Assembly: GCA_017610205.1 (NCBI GenBank)
Contig: JAFCCL010000001.1
Coordinates: forward strand, 26,805 to 90,804
Source: Candidatus Iainarchaeum sp.
Lineage (GTDB): Archaea > Iainarchaeota > Iainarchaeia > Iainarchaeales > GCA-2688035
Length of the DNA: 64,000 nt
Direction: 5' to 3'
Below are positions 8,515-17,289 of the stretch, in pieces. Both the position numbers and the translations under genes were made by a program. Every line of letters starts with the position of its first letter. The stretch's first letter is position 1. The notes under the pieces are model-generated. The model had not been told where the DNA came from. It worked only from the letters and a program-made list of their open reading frames with translations, and made no database searches.

Positions 8515-9588
8515 ATGCCGGGTAACATTTTTGGAAAGGCTTTTCAGATTACTTCTTTTGGAGAAAGCCATGGTAAAGCTGTTGGTGTTGTTGTTAATGG
8601 GGTAAAGCCAGGCTTGGAGATAAACAAGGTTCTGATTCAAAAAGAGCTTGACAGAAGAAAGCCAGGGCAAAGCAGGATAAGCACTGCAAGAAAAGAGGCT
8701 GACAAGGTTGAGATTTTAAGCGGAGTTTTTGAAGGAAAGACAACAGGAACGCCTATTTGCCTGCTTGTCCAGAACAAGGGAATGAAAAGTACAGACTATG
8801 GCAAAATAAAGGATTTGTTCAGGCCAGGGCAGGCAGATTACACTTTTTTGAAAAAGTTTGGAATTCGTGATTACCGTGGCGGAGGCAGGGCTTCCGGAAG
8901 GGAAACAATTGCAAGGGTTGCTGCAGGGGCAATTGCAAAAAAAATGCTTGAAAAAAAAGGCATTAAGGTTGTTGGCTGCACTATTCAGGTTGGAAACGTT
9001 TTTGCCAAAGAGTTTGATGAAAACGAAATTGAAAAAAATTCAGTAAGGTGTCCTGACAAAATTGCTGCAAAGAAAATGGAAAAGGAAATTTTGAATGCAA
9101 AAGCAAAAGGAAACAGTGTTGGCGGGGTTGTTAAAATTGTTGCAAAGGGAATTCCTGTTGGATTGGGCGAGCCTGTTTTTGGAAAGCTTGATGCAGAGCT
9201 TGCAAAAGCCCTTGTAAGCATTGGCGCTATAAAAGGAGTTGAGTTTGGAGCAGGGTTTGCAGTTGCAGGCCTTACAGGAAAGGAAAACAATGACGAAATG
9301 TATTCTGAAAAAGGCAAAGTAAAATTCAAGTCAAACAATGCCGGAGGAATTCTTGGAGGAATCAGTACAGGCCAGGACCTTGTAATGCGAATTGCTGTAA
9401 AGCCAACACCCTCAATTTCTTTGCCTCAAAAAACTGTTGACATTAATGGCAGAAACAAAACAATAACTGTTGATGGAAGGCATGACCCGTGCATTTGCCC
9501 AAGAATTGTGCCTGTTGCTGAATCAATGGTTGCCCTTGTTTTGGCTGATGCATTAATGGCACAGGATGCAAGAACCTTGCCAATCTAG
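8515..9588 (+). CDS. aroC: Chorismate synthase
   Basis: [48 protein letters not shown]. Confidence 0.97.
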   Translation: MPGNIFGKAFQITSFGESHGKAVGVVVNGVKPGLEINKVLIQKELDRRKPGQSRISTARKEADKVEILSGVFEGKTTGTPICLLVQNKGMKSTDYGKIKDLFRPGQADYTFLKKFGIRDYRGGGRASGRETIARVAAGAIAKKMLEKKGIKVVGCTIQVGNVFAKEFDENEIEKNSVRCPDKIAAKKMEKEILNAKAKGNSVGGVVKIVAKGIPVGLGEPVFGKLDAELAKALVSIGAIKGVEFGAGFAVAGLTGKENNDEMYSEKGKVKFKSNNAGGILGGISTGQDLVMRIAVKPTPSISLPQKTVDINGRNKTITVDGRHDPCICPRIVPVAESMVALVLADALMAQDARTLPI

Positions 9589-9627
9589 GTGATTGAGTGC
9601 TATTGGCGGCAAGAGAATTAAGCGTTT

Positions 9628-10938
9628 TTACCTGAAAGAAAATCCAAGTCCTGTTATTGTCTTTCTTATTAATTCATCAATCCTTTCAAGGCCGTCGTCT
9701 TCAAAAAATGTTGCCTTAATTGTAATGCTTTTTTTGCCTTTTGGAAGCTTGTTGCTTTTGTATTCGTCCAATATTTTAATTGAACAGAATTTGATGTGTG
9801 AAAGGCCTTTCTTTATTATTTCCTTGTCGCATTCTTTTGAAACAAGAAAAGAGTAATCAAGGTGCATTGGCTTAAGGTTTTGTTTTCTCCACTTTTTCAT
9901 TTCTTCCTTGGAGGTAAGCCTTACATGGCTTAAGGAAATTCTTGTCTTTTTGCCCTGTTCATCTATTATAAGCGTTTGGTTTTCAATCCCTGTTATTTTT
10001 CCATAATGCATTTTGCCTGTAATAATGTTTTCAACCATAAACCTTTTTCCAATGTGGTGCCTGACTGTTTCAACAATGTAATTTATTGCATTTACTGCTC
10101 TGTCGCTTCCATATAGTATTGACTCGTGTTCCTTAAATTGCTGTGCGCTTTCAATTATTTTTTTCTTCAGCTTTTCTGAATCGTTTTTGTTGCAGATTTT
10201 TTCAAATTCTTCTGATTTTTCCCTGAACAGCTTCCATATTTTTTTGTTTTCCTTGTTTCCCATTTGTATTTGTGAATAAAGTTCAGGATTTTGCAGTATT
10301 ACTCTTGACATCAGGCTGAGAAAAAGGTGATAGTTGGGTGAGCCAAATTTTACAGACTCTTTTAGGTCGGTACACAGGTTTTTTAACACTGCTGCCGAAA
10401 TGAATTGCGAGTAATGGGTTAAACCCTGTACAATTGACAAAAGCCTGTCGTGCTCTTTGGCTGTTGAAAGAATAATTTTTGAACCTTTTTTTGCGAAAAA
10501 TTTTTCAATTTCTTCAAGTTTTTTTCCCTGTTTTATTGGAATGCAGACAATTGGGCGGCCTACAATTGTTTTTACTCTTGGCCCATGCATTGGGTGGATT
10601 GAGGCAAGTTCCAAATCAAGTTTTGAAAGTTTTTTTAATTCCTTTACTGCCTCTGTTTTTACTGAACAAAAGTCAACCAAAAGAGCGCCTTTGCCAAGCT
10701 TTGGCCCGATTTTTTCAATAACTTTTGGCGCTGCCTTGTTTGGAATGCAGACAATTACTGTGTCAAATTCTTTTAAGTTTGTGCAATTTTTGTTCCATTT
10801 TATATTATTTTTTTTGCAGAATGTTTCTCCGGCTGCTTCATCTTTGTCACAGATGCTTACTTTAAAACCGTTTTTTGAAAAAAGCCTGGCATAAAATGAG
10901 CCAAATTCGCCTGCTCCTCCAACAATAAGAATGCGCAT
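9628..10938 (-). CDS. tyrA: Prephenate/arogenate dehydrogenase with long C-terminal extension (FDX-ACB/ACT-like)
   Basis: IVGGAGEFG, DFCSVK, SIHPMHGP, EHDRLLSIVQGLTH; about 150 extra C-terminal residues. Confidence 0.9.
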   Translation of the reverse strand: MRILIVGGAGEFGSFYARLFSKNGFKVSICDKDEAAGETFCKKNNIKWNKNCTNLKEFDTVIVCIPNKAAPKVIEKIGPKLGKGALLVDFCSVKTEAVKELKKLSKLDLELASIHPMHGPRVKTIVGRPIVCIPIKQGKKLEEIEKFFAKKGSKIILSTAKEHDRLLSIVQGLTHYSQFISAAVLKNLCTDLKESVKFGSPNYHLFLSLMSRVILQNPELYSQIQMGNKENKKIWKLFREKSEEFEKICNKNDSEKLKKKIIESAQQFKEHESILYGSDRAVNAINYIVETVRHHIGKRFMVENIITGKMHYGKITGIENQTLIIDEQGKKTRISLSHVRLTSKEEMKKWRKQNLKPMHLDYSFLVSKECDKEIIKKGLSHIKFCSIKILDEYKSNKLPKGKKSITIKATFFEDDGLERIDELIRKTITGLGFSFR

Positions 10939-10950
10939 GAGTTTTCACTG

Positions 10951-11214
10951 TTAAACTGTTTCTTCTAATTTTAGGGATTCGTTAATTATTGTCCTGCAAA
11001 TATTTTCAACAAAGTCTTCGCTTAGCCCAAGTTCTTTGGCTATTGCCCTGTTGCGTTCAATAAGCTGTTTTTCTCTTCGGTGTTGTTTTAATGCAACTTT
11101 GTTTTCTTTTTTGTATTCTGCAACCTTTGAAACAACTTCCATTCTTTTTGCCAAAATTTCCAAAATCTGCCTGTCAATGCCGTCAATTTTTTTTCTCAAT
11201 TCTTCCAGTTCCAT
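10951..11214 (-). CDS. Chorismate mutase (AroQ/type II)
   Basis: LEELRKKIDGIDRQILEILAKR...VAEYK...RE; in operon with pheA and tyrA. Confidence 0.92.
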   Translation of the reverse strand: MELEELRKKIDGIDRQILEILAKRMEVVSKVAEYKKENKVALKQHRREKQLIERNRAIAKELGLSEDFVENICRTIINESLKLEETV

Positions 11215-11216
11215 TT

Positions 11217-12023
11217 CTAATTCCCCATGATTGGATAGCTTTTAAATATTTTAATTATTTTTGCGTATTTTTTCAATTCTGCAATTGCTTTTTCAACCGA
11301 TTTATCTGAAATGTCTCCTTTAAATTCCACAAAGAACACGTAATTCCATGCACTTTTTCTTGAAGGCCTTGATTCAATTCTTGTAAGGTTTATTTCCTGT
11401 TTTTTGAATCCTTTAATACAGTCCAACAATGCACCAGGCCTGTCTTTTACCAAAAAAAACATGCTTGTTTTGTTTAAAGGTGAGGGCTTTGCCGCTGTTT
11501 TTTCAATTATAATAAATCTTGTTTTGTTAAAACTCAAATCCTGTATGTCCTCTTCAAGCACCTTTAAGCCAAACTTTTTAGCGGATTTTTTTGAGGCTAT
11601 TGCCGCGCTTCCTTTTTCTTCTACTGCATGCTGTGCAGCGCTTGCAGTGCTTGAAGCTCCGGCAAGTTTTGTATTTGGATAATTTTGATGCAGCCATTCC
11701 TGGCATTGTGCAAAAGCCTGAGGGTGTGAATAAATTTTTTTTATTTCGCGTTGTTTTGAATTTGACAGAAAGCAATGCCTTATGTCTATGAATACTTCTC
11801 CTGAAATTATCAGATTAAACCCAATAAGGAAATCAAGTGTTATGTTAACACTTCCTTCCGTGCTGTTTTCTATTGGAACAATTCCTGCATCTGCTTCATT
11901 TTTGTCCACTGCCCTGAAAACATTTTGAATTGAGCTTGCTTCAACAAGTTCTGCTTTTGGAAATGCCTTCAATGCGGCATCATGCGAAAAGCTTGTTTCA
12001 GGCCCGAGAAAAATTATTTTCAT
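11217..12023 (-). CDS. pheA: Prephenate dehydratase
   Basis: LGPETSFS, VPIENSTEG, SHPQAFAQC, NKTRF, ACT domain NLTRIESRP. Confidence 0.95.
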   Translation of the reverse strand: MKIIFLGPETSFSHDAALKAFPKAELVEASSIQNVFRAVDKNEADAGIVPIENSTEGSVNITLDFLIGFNLIISGEVFIDIRHCFLSNSKQREIKKIYSHPQAFAQCQEWLHQNYPNTKLAGASSTASAAQHAVEEKGSAAIASKKSAKKFGLKVLEEDIQDLSFNKTRFIIIEKTAAKPSPLNKTSMFFLVKDRPGALLDCIKGFKKQEINLTRIESRPSRKSAWNYVFFVEFKGDISDKSVEKAIAELKKYAKIIKIFKSYPIMGN

Positions 12024-12938
12024 TTAAACCAGCTCCAGCCATTTTTCGAATTTTTTGTCCCTTCCGTGAATGACATTATAGTACAGTTTCTGTATTTTTT
12101 TTGTTACCTGCCCTGGCTTTCCATTTCCAACAAGCCTGTTGTCAATTTCCCTTACAGGTGTTATTTCTGCAGCTGTTCCTGTAATAAAGCATTCGTCTGC
12201 AGAGTAAAGCATTTCCCTTTTGATTTTGCATTCTGAGACATGAATGCCTTGGTCTTCAGCAATCTTTATCACACTGTCTCTTGTAATTCCTGCAAGCACA
12301 TTGCTTCTTTCAGGTGTCAAAAGCTTTCCTTTTTCAACAATAAAAATATTTTCGCCAGTGCATTCTGCAACAAGTCCGTTTGTGTCAAGCATTATTGCCT
12401 CATCATAGCCTGCATCCAATGCCTCCATTTTGGCAAGCGTGCTGTTTGTATAAGCCCCACTTATTTTTGCCTGGCTGAACACAGAATTTGGGTGGTGCCT
12501 GCTAATGCTTGAAACTTTTGCCCTGATTCCGTTTTTTACGCCTTCTTCTCCAAGGTAGGCACCCCAAGGCCATGCTGCAATTCCTGCTTCAAGTTTTGCT
12601 CCAACTGTATCAAGGCCCATTTTTCCGTATCCGTAAAAGAACAACGGCCTTATGTAGCATTCTTTCAAGTTGTTTTTTTTAACAACCTCTTTTGCTGCAT
12701 CAATTATCTGCCCTTTGTCATAAGGCAAATTTTTCATTCCTGCAATTTTTGCGGAATTGAACAGCCGTTCCACATGGTCTTCAAGCCTGAAAATAGCAGG
12801 GCCTTTTTCTGTCTTATAGCATCTAATGCCTTCAAAAACAGCCGTGCCATAGTGCAGGCTGTGAGTTAGAAAATGAACGCTTGCCTCTTTCCATGGCACA
12901 ATTTTGCCGTTAAACCAGATAAATTCAACCTCTTTCAT
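12024..12938 (-). CDS. ilvE: Branched-chain amino acid aminotransferase (class IV), probably serving aromatic keto acids here
   Basis: LHYGTAVFEG, YIRP, AKISGAY, ECTGENIF, GITR, GTAAE. Confidence 0.93.
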   Translation of the reverse strand: MKEVEFIWFNGKIVPWKEASVHFLTHSLHYGTAVFEGIRCYKTEKGPAIFRLEDHVERLFNSAKIAGMKNLPYDKGQIIDAAKEVVKKNNLKECYIRPLFFYGYGKMGLDTVGAKLEAGIAAWPWGAYLGEEGVKNGIRAKVSSISRHHPNSVFSQAKISGAYTNSTLAKMEALDAGYDEAIMLDTNGLVAECTGENIFIVEKGKLLTPERSNVLAGITRDSVIKIAEDQGIHVSECKIKREMLYSADECFITGTAAEITPVREIDNRLVGNGKPGQVTKKIQKLYYNVIHGRDKKFEKWLELV

Positions 12939-12997
12939 TAAAAACCACTGTAAAGAAATGTTCTACAAAAAACCTTTAAAATAGGGCAGGTTTTTTT

Positions 12998-13036
12998 TTT
13001 TGATTCAGATAATAACCTTTTGATTCAGGCAATAAC
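12998..13036. promoter_or_regulatory. Tandem 19-bp direct repeat in the divergent ilvE/trpE promoter region
   Basis: TTTTGATTCAGATAATAAC and TTTTGATTCAGGCAATAAC, period 20. Confidence 0.45.
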
Positions 13037-13089
13037 ATTGCCTTTAAAATAACTTTTAGTTAAAATTAATTATATGGCAAAGATGGACA

Positions 13090-14790
13090 GTGAGCGACTT
13101 TGGCAAAGGAAGCACTAATTCTTTCAAAATGAACAGTTCAAGCCATGCCAAAGAACGGTTTTCAAAACTTGCCAAAGAAAGCTTCTTAAAACAATTTGAA
13201 TGCGCTCCAAAAGGCAGCATAATGCCTGTGTTCAAAACAATTGAATTCAAGGCATGCCCTATAGCCTTTTTTTCAGCCCTTTCAAACAATGGCCTTAATG
13301 AAAACTGCATTCTTTTGGAGTCGGCTGATATTATAAAAAAATACGGGGAAAAAAGCATTGCAAGCCATGACCCCTGCCTAAAGGTTACTGGCTTGGGCAA
13401 AAATTTTGAAATAATTGCCCTAAATTCTCTTGGCGAAAAACTTCTTGCACAAATTGCCAAAACACTAAGCTTTTGTGATTCGCTTAAAATTTTAAAAAAC
13501 AAGGCAACAGGAACACTTGAGCCAAAGCAAGGCATTGTCTCTGAACAGGAAAGGCTGCTTTCAAAAACCCATGCAGACATCCTTAGGGCAATCGCCTTTC
13601 AATTCAAGCCTTTTGGAAAAAAATTTCCTGTAAGCTCTGGGCTTTTTGGCACAATAAGCTATGATTTTATTGACCAGTTTGAAAACCTGCCAAAAAACAA
13701 TTGCGATGTTCTCAAAGACCCTGATTATGAAATGCTTTTTTTGGACAGCCTGTTCATTGTTGACCACCTGAAAAAAAGAATAACTCTTATTGCAAACGCT
13801 TTCAAAACAGGGATGGAAGACGGAAAGGAAATTTCAAGATGCCTTAAAAAAATTGCCGAGCTTGAAAAAAAGCTTGCCTCTTTGCCGGAAGAAAAACCTG
13901 TAAAAAATTTGCCTGTTAAAAAGCTTTCAAAACTTAAAACAACAACCGACTGTTCAAAAAAAGAATACATTTCAATTGTAAAAAAATGCAAGCGTCACAT
14001 AATTCTTGGTGACGTGTTTCAAATTGTTGCAAGCAGGACAACAATTGCAGAAACAAACGCAATTCCGCTAAAAATTTATTCCGCTTTACGCTGGCTTAAT
14101 CCAAGCCCTTACATGTTTTACCTGAATACCTGTTCCGGAACATTGGTTGGAAGCAGTCCTGAAACCTTTATCAAGGTCAGCTCTGGAAAGGAAAAAAGGC
14201 TTGAAATAATGCCTGTTGCAGGAACAAGACCGCGTGGAATTGTTGGAGGAAAAATTGACCAAGAGCTTGATTCAAGGTATGAAAATGATTTGAGAACTGA
14301 CAAAAAAGAACTGGCAGAGCACACAATGCTTGTTGACCTTGCAAGAAATGATGTTGCAAGAGTATGCATTCCTGGAACAAGAATTGTTGACAAAGTACAC
14401 TATATAGAAAAGTATTCCAATGTAATGCATCTTGTTTCAAACGTTTCAGGCATTTTAAAGCCAGGGCTTGATGCATTGCATGCCTATCTTGCAAGCATGA
14501 ATATGGGAACTTTAACAGGTGCCCCAAAGGTAAAGGCAATGGAGCTTTTGAGAAAATATGAAAAGGAAAAAAGGGGCTTTTACGGCGGAAGCATTGGATA
14601 CCTGACTCCTGACGGAAGCTTTGACAGCGCAATTGTGATAAGAAGCATGCGGCTAAAAAAAGGCAAGGCACACATTAGAACAGGCGGTGGCATTGTCTTT
14701 GATTCCATTCCTGAAAAAGAATTTGATGAAACCTGCAACAAGGCAAAAAGCTGCCTTAATGCCATCAGCCAAGCGGAGGGATTGGAATGA
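13090..14790 (+). CDS. trpE: Anthranilate synthase component I
   Basis: LLESAD, NPSPYMF, AGTRPRG, EHTMLVDLARND, MNMGTLTGAPK. The true start may be the ATG at about 13129. Confidence 0.9.
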   Translation: MSDFGKGSTNSFKMNSSSHAKERFSKLAKESFLKQFECAPKGSIMPVFKTIEFKACPIAFFSALSNNGLNENCILLESADIIKKYGEKSIASHDPCLKVTGLGKNFEIIALNSLGEKLLAQIAKTLSFCDSLKILKNKATGTLEPKQGIVSEQERLLSKTHADILRAIAFQFKPFGKKFPVSSGLFGTISYDFIDQFENLPKNNCDVLKDPDYEMLFLDSLFIVDHLKKRITLIANAFKTGMEDGKEISRCLKKIAELEKKLASLPEEKPVKNLPVKKLSKLKTTTDCSKKEYISIVKKCKRHIILGDVFQIVASRTTIAETNAIPLKIYSALRWLNPSPYMFYLNTCSGTLVGSSPETFIKVSSGKEKRLEIMPVAGTRPRGIVGGKIDQELDSRYENDLRTDKKELAEHTMLVDLARNDVARVCIPGTRIVDKVHYIEKYSNVMHLVSNVSGILKPGLDALHAYLASMNMGTLTGAPKVKAMELLRKYEKEKRGFYGGSIGYLTPDGSFDSAIVIRSMRLKKGKAHIRTGGGIVFDSIPEKEFDETCNKAKSCLNAISQAEGLE

Positions 14791-15386
14791 AAGTTCTTTT
14801 CATTGACAACTTTGACAGTTTCACCTACAATCTTGTGGACGAATTTGAAAAAAGAGGCTGCAAATGCCTTGTTTACAGAAACAACATAAGCATTGATACA
14901 GTACACAGCATTGTAAAAAAATTCAAGCCAAAAGCCATTGTAATAAGCCCTGGTCCAAGCAGCCCAAAAGAGGCCGGAATCTGCATTGAAGTAATAAAAG
15001 AATACAAGGGCGTGCTGCCAATTTTTGGAGTCTGCCTCGGGCACCAGTGCATTATTGAGGCATTTGGAGGAATTGTATCAACTGCAAACAACATTGTCCA
15101 CGGAAAGCCAAACAGCATCAGCCACGACGGAAAAACAATCTTTAAGGGATTGGAGAACCCTTTTCAGGCAGGAAGATACCATTCGCTTGCAGGAAAAAAA
15201 ATTCCAAAATGCCTTGAAGTCAGCGCAGGAAGCAAAGACGAAAAGGTAATGGCAATAAGGCACTGCAAATACTTTATTGAAGGGGTGCAATTTCATCCTG
15301 AAAGCATTTTAACATCAACCGGAGGAACAATTATTGAAAATTTTATAAAAATGTGTGCCAAAAACAGCTTTAATGCAATTATTTAA
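14787..15386 (+). CDS. trpG: Anthranilate synthase component II (glutamine amidotransferase)
   Basis: IDNFDSFTYNL, SPGP, GVCLGHQ, RYHSL, QFHPES; 4-nt overlap with trpE. Confidence 0.93.
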   Translation: MKVLFIDNFDSFTYNLVDEFEKRGCKCLVYRNNISIDTVHSIVKKFKPKAIVISPGPSSPKEAGICIEVIKEYKGVLPIFGVCLGHQCIIEAFGGIVSTANNIVHGKPNSISHDGKTIFKGLENPFQAGRYHSLAGKKIPKCLEVSAGSKDEKVMAIRHCKYFIEGVQFHPESILTSTGGTIIENFIKMCAKNSFNAII

Positions 15387-15409
15387 CAACCGTTCCTGAA
15401 GACAGTGGC

Positions 15410-15808
15410 TTATTCAAGAAACTCTTGAACAGACGCCCAGTCCCTTTTAACCCTTTCGTGTTTGTTTTCAATGCCTTTTATTACTTCAATTTCCGCTTTG
15501 CTGGCCCTTGCAAATTCCCAGAATCTTATCCAATACCTGATGATGTTTGAATACTTTTGTGTGTACAGCCTTTTCAATTCTGTCTTGTATTCTGTGCTTG
15601 AAGGGTTCTTAACCCTTTTATCTAATAGGTTCAAGCCTTTTTCAGCTTCCCTTATTTTCTTAATGATGGTTTTTGCATTAGTGCCGCCTGCAAATTTCTT
15701 AAAAACAACAGCATAGTTTGGTTTTCTTGAAAAAGACGGCCTAAACTTTTTCCTTTCAAACAGCCTTTTCCTGCCAAAAGAAATGAAAATCATAAAACTA
15801 ACCCACAA
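15410..15808 (-). CDS. Hypothetical basic protein
   Basis: 132-aa ORF with Lys/Arg-rich N-terminus; no recognised motif. Confidence 0.55.
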   Translation of the reverse strand: MWVSFMIFISFGRKRLFERKKFRPSFSRKPNYAVVFKKFAGGTNAKTIIKKIREAEKGLNLLDKRVKNPSSTEYKTELKRLYTQKYSNIIRYWIRFWEFARASKAEIEVIKGIENKHERVKRDWASVQEFLE

Positions 15809-15859
15809 AACAAAATTAGCAGGAAACAGTTTTTTAACTCTATCATTTTGCTTTATGCT

Positions 15860-15900
15860 CTATTCGCTGTACTTTCACTTTGGGCCAGAAGGCTCTTCCT
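15860..15900 (-). repeat. Displaced, diverged copy of the 3' end of the 936-aa surface protein gene (matches 17290-17330)
   Basis: 30/34 identity over 15867-15900 vs 17297-17330, with stop codons in register. Reads EEPSGPK*KYSE* vs KESSGPKWKYRS*. Confidence 0.85.
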
Positions 15901-15987
15901 AAAATTTCTGTTTAATCCCTGTATAACTCGACAAAAAGCGTTTGTTTAAGAAAAAGGTTTTTTTCGTATTTTTTTGTTTTGCTGTTG

Positions 15988-16416
15988 CTATTTTTGAACT
16001 ATTTTTTTGATTGCTTTGAGAAAGCCTTTTGCTAATTGGATTGATGATTCTGCTTCGGCTTCTTGAGCTTCACTGCTTTCTTCCAGTCCATACATTAGGT
16101 TATGCCTTTGAAGCCTTAACGAGTTCAATTCGTTCAAGTATTTTTTTTCAATTTTGTTTGAATATTTTTCGCTCATAAAAACAAAAACCGCAAAGTGGCT
16201 GCGTTCCTTGAACCCGTCCTTGAACAAAATCGCTCTTGCTGAATGAAACATGGATGTATAGGCACTAATTATGGCACTTTCAAAAATCTTGCTTTCAAAC
16301 TCCATTCCGGCAATTTCCAACTTGTGTTCAGCCATTTTAGTGGAGGACTTTGCCTTTTTAAAATCAGGCGTTGTTTTTACCAACAGACCCTTGTTCAGGC
16401 AATCCTCAATATTCAA
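15988..16416 (-). CDS. HEPN domain protein
   Basis: AYTSMFHSARAIL..GFKERSH, RLQRHNLMY; overlaps the MNT gene. Confidence 0.85.
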   Translation of the reverse strand: MNIEDCLNKGLLVKTTPDFKKAKSSTKMAEHKLEIAGMEFESKIFESAIISAYTSMFHSARAILFKDGFKERSHFAVFVFMSEKYSNKIEKKYLNELNSLRLQRHNLMYGLEESSEAQEAEAESSIQLAKGFLKAIKKIVQK

Positions 16417-16961
16417 AAAACCACCGGCCTTTCGCCAAACAAAACAATTGAATCATAAATAATGTTCTCATAAAAAACCTTGTTCCGCAAAGCTTTCTTC
16501 TTCCACTCGCCTGGTGACAACAACAAGAGATTAATTTCCCTTTTGGCTTTTTTGCCTGGCAAAAAACCGGTTTTGCCTGAATCATGGGCAATAGCCAACA
16601 GGTCAACATCGCTCTTTTCGTCATTAGTTCCCCTGGCAAAACTGCCATACAAAAGCACTGACTGCAGTGCTGGAAATTCTTCTGCCATTCGCTCAACAAT
16701 TCCAGAACCATGCAAAGAATCAAGGTTAAACAATATCTTCCATTGCCTGCACAACGCATTTTCCAGATTTGCTTTATACTGGTAAGTTCGGCCAACAACA
16801 TCTAAGGTAACAATCCCCTTTTTCTTCATAAATTCAAACGCTTGCCCTGATGCTGCAGGGCTAATGCCTATGCTTGAAGCCAGTCCCCTGACTGAAAAGC
16901 TCTTGTTTGGCTTAGAGGTTATCTCCTGGATTGCCTTCACAACCACATACTGCTCTAACAT
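16413..16961 (-). CDS. wHTH-fused minimal nucleotidyltransferase (MNT) antitoxin
   Basis: N-terminal HTH SVRGLASSIGIS; LYGSFARG...SDVDL. Start moved to ATG 16961. Confidence 0.87.
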   Translation of the reverse strand: MLEQYVVVKAIQEITSKPNKSFSVRGLASSIGISPAASGQAFEFMKKKGIVTLDVVGRTYQYKANLENALCRQWKILFNLDSLHGSGIVERMAEEFPALQSVLLYGSFARGTNDEKSDVDLLAIAHDSGKTGFLPGKKAKREINLLLLSPGEWKKKALRNKVFYENIIYDSIVLFGERPVVF

Positions 16962-17289
16962 AATTAATACACAAGACAAATGTACATTTAAATATAACGA
17001 TAAAAATTACGTTACTATACAAAATACAATTGTTTATTATAACAAACAAAAGGCTGTTGTGAGGATTGTATTACAACCCAACCCTGTTTAAATAGCCAAG
17101 CAACCTGGCAATGCGTGACAAAGCATTCTAATGCCGCTTGTGCGTTATGCCTTTTTTTTTTGGATAGCCTGCTTTAGCAGTAGCAAAAAAAGCGATTAAT
17201 AAAAGTGTTAAAAAAATGTTTTTTTTTGTTTTTTTTGGTGAAAAAGCAAAAAGGTCAACAAAAATTGCCAAAACAAAAAAAAGGCTAAT

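Noticed and set aside
12024-15386. ilvE/trpE/trpG as pabC/pabB/pabA (folate pathway)
   Set aside because: TrpE has anthranilate-synthase signatures, and the aminotransferase has IlvE motifs and is coupled to pheA.
17040-17210. Possible structured ncRNA or tRNA upstream of the MNT gene
   Set aside because: Only short imperfect stems are visible, with no cloverleaf or T-loop consensus; it cannot be supported without a covariance search.
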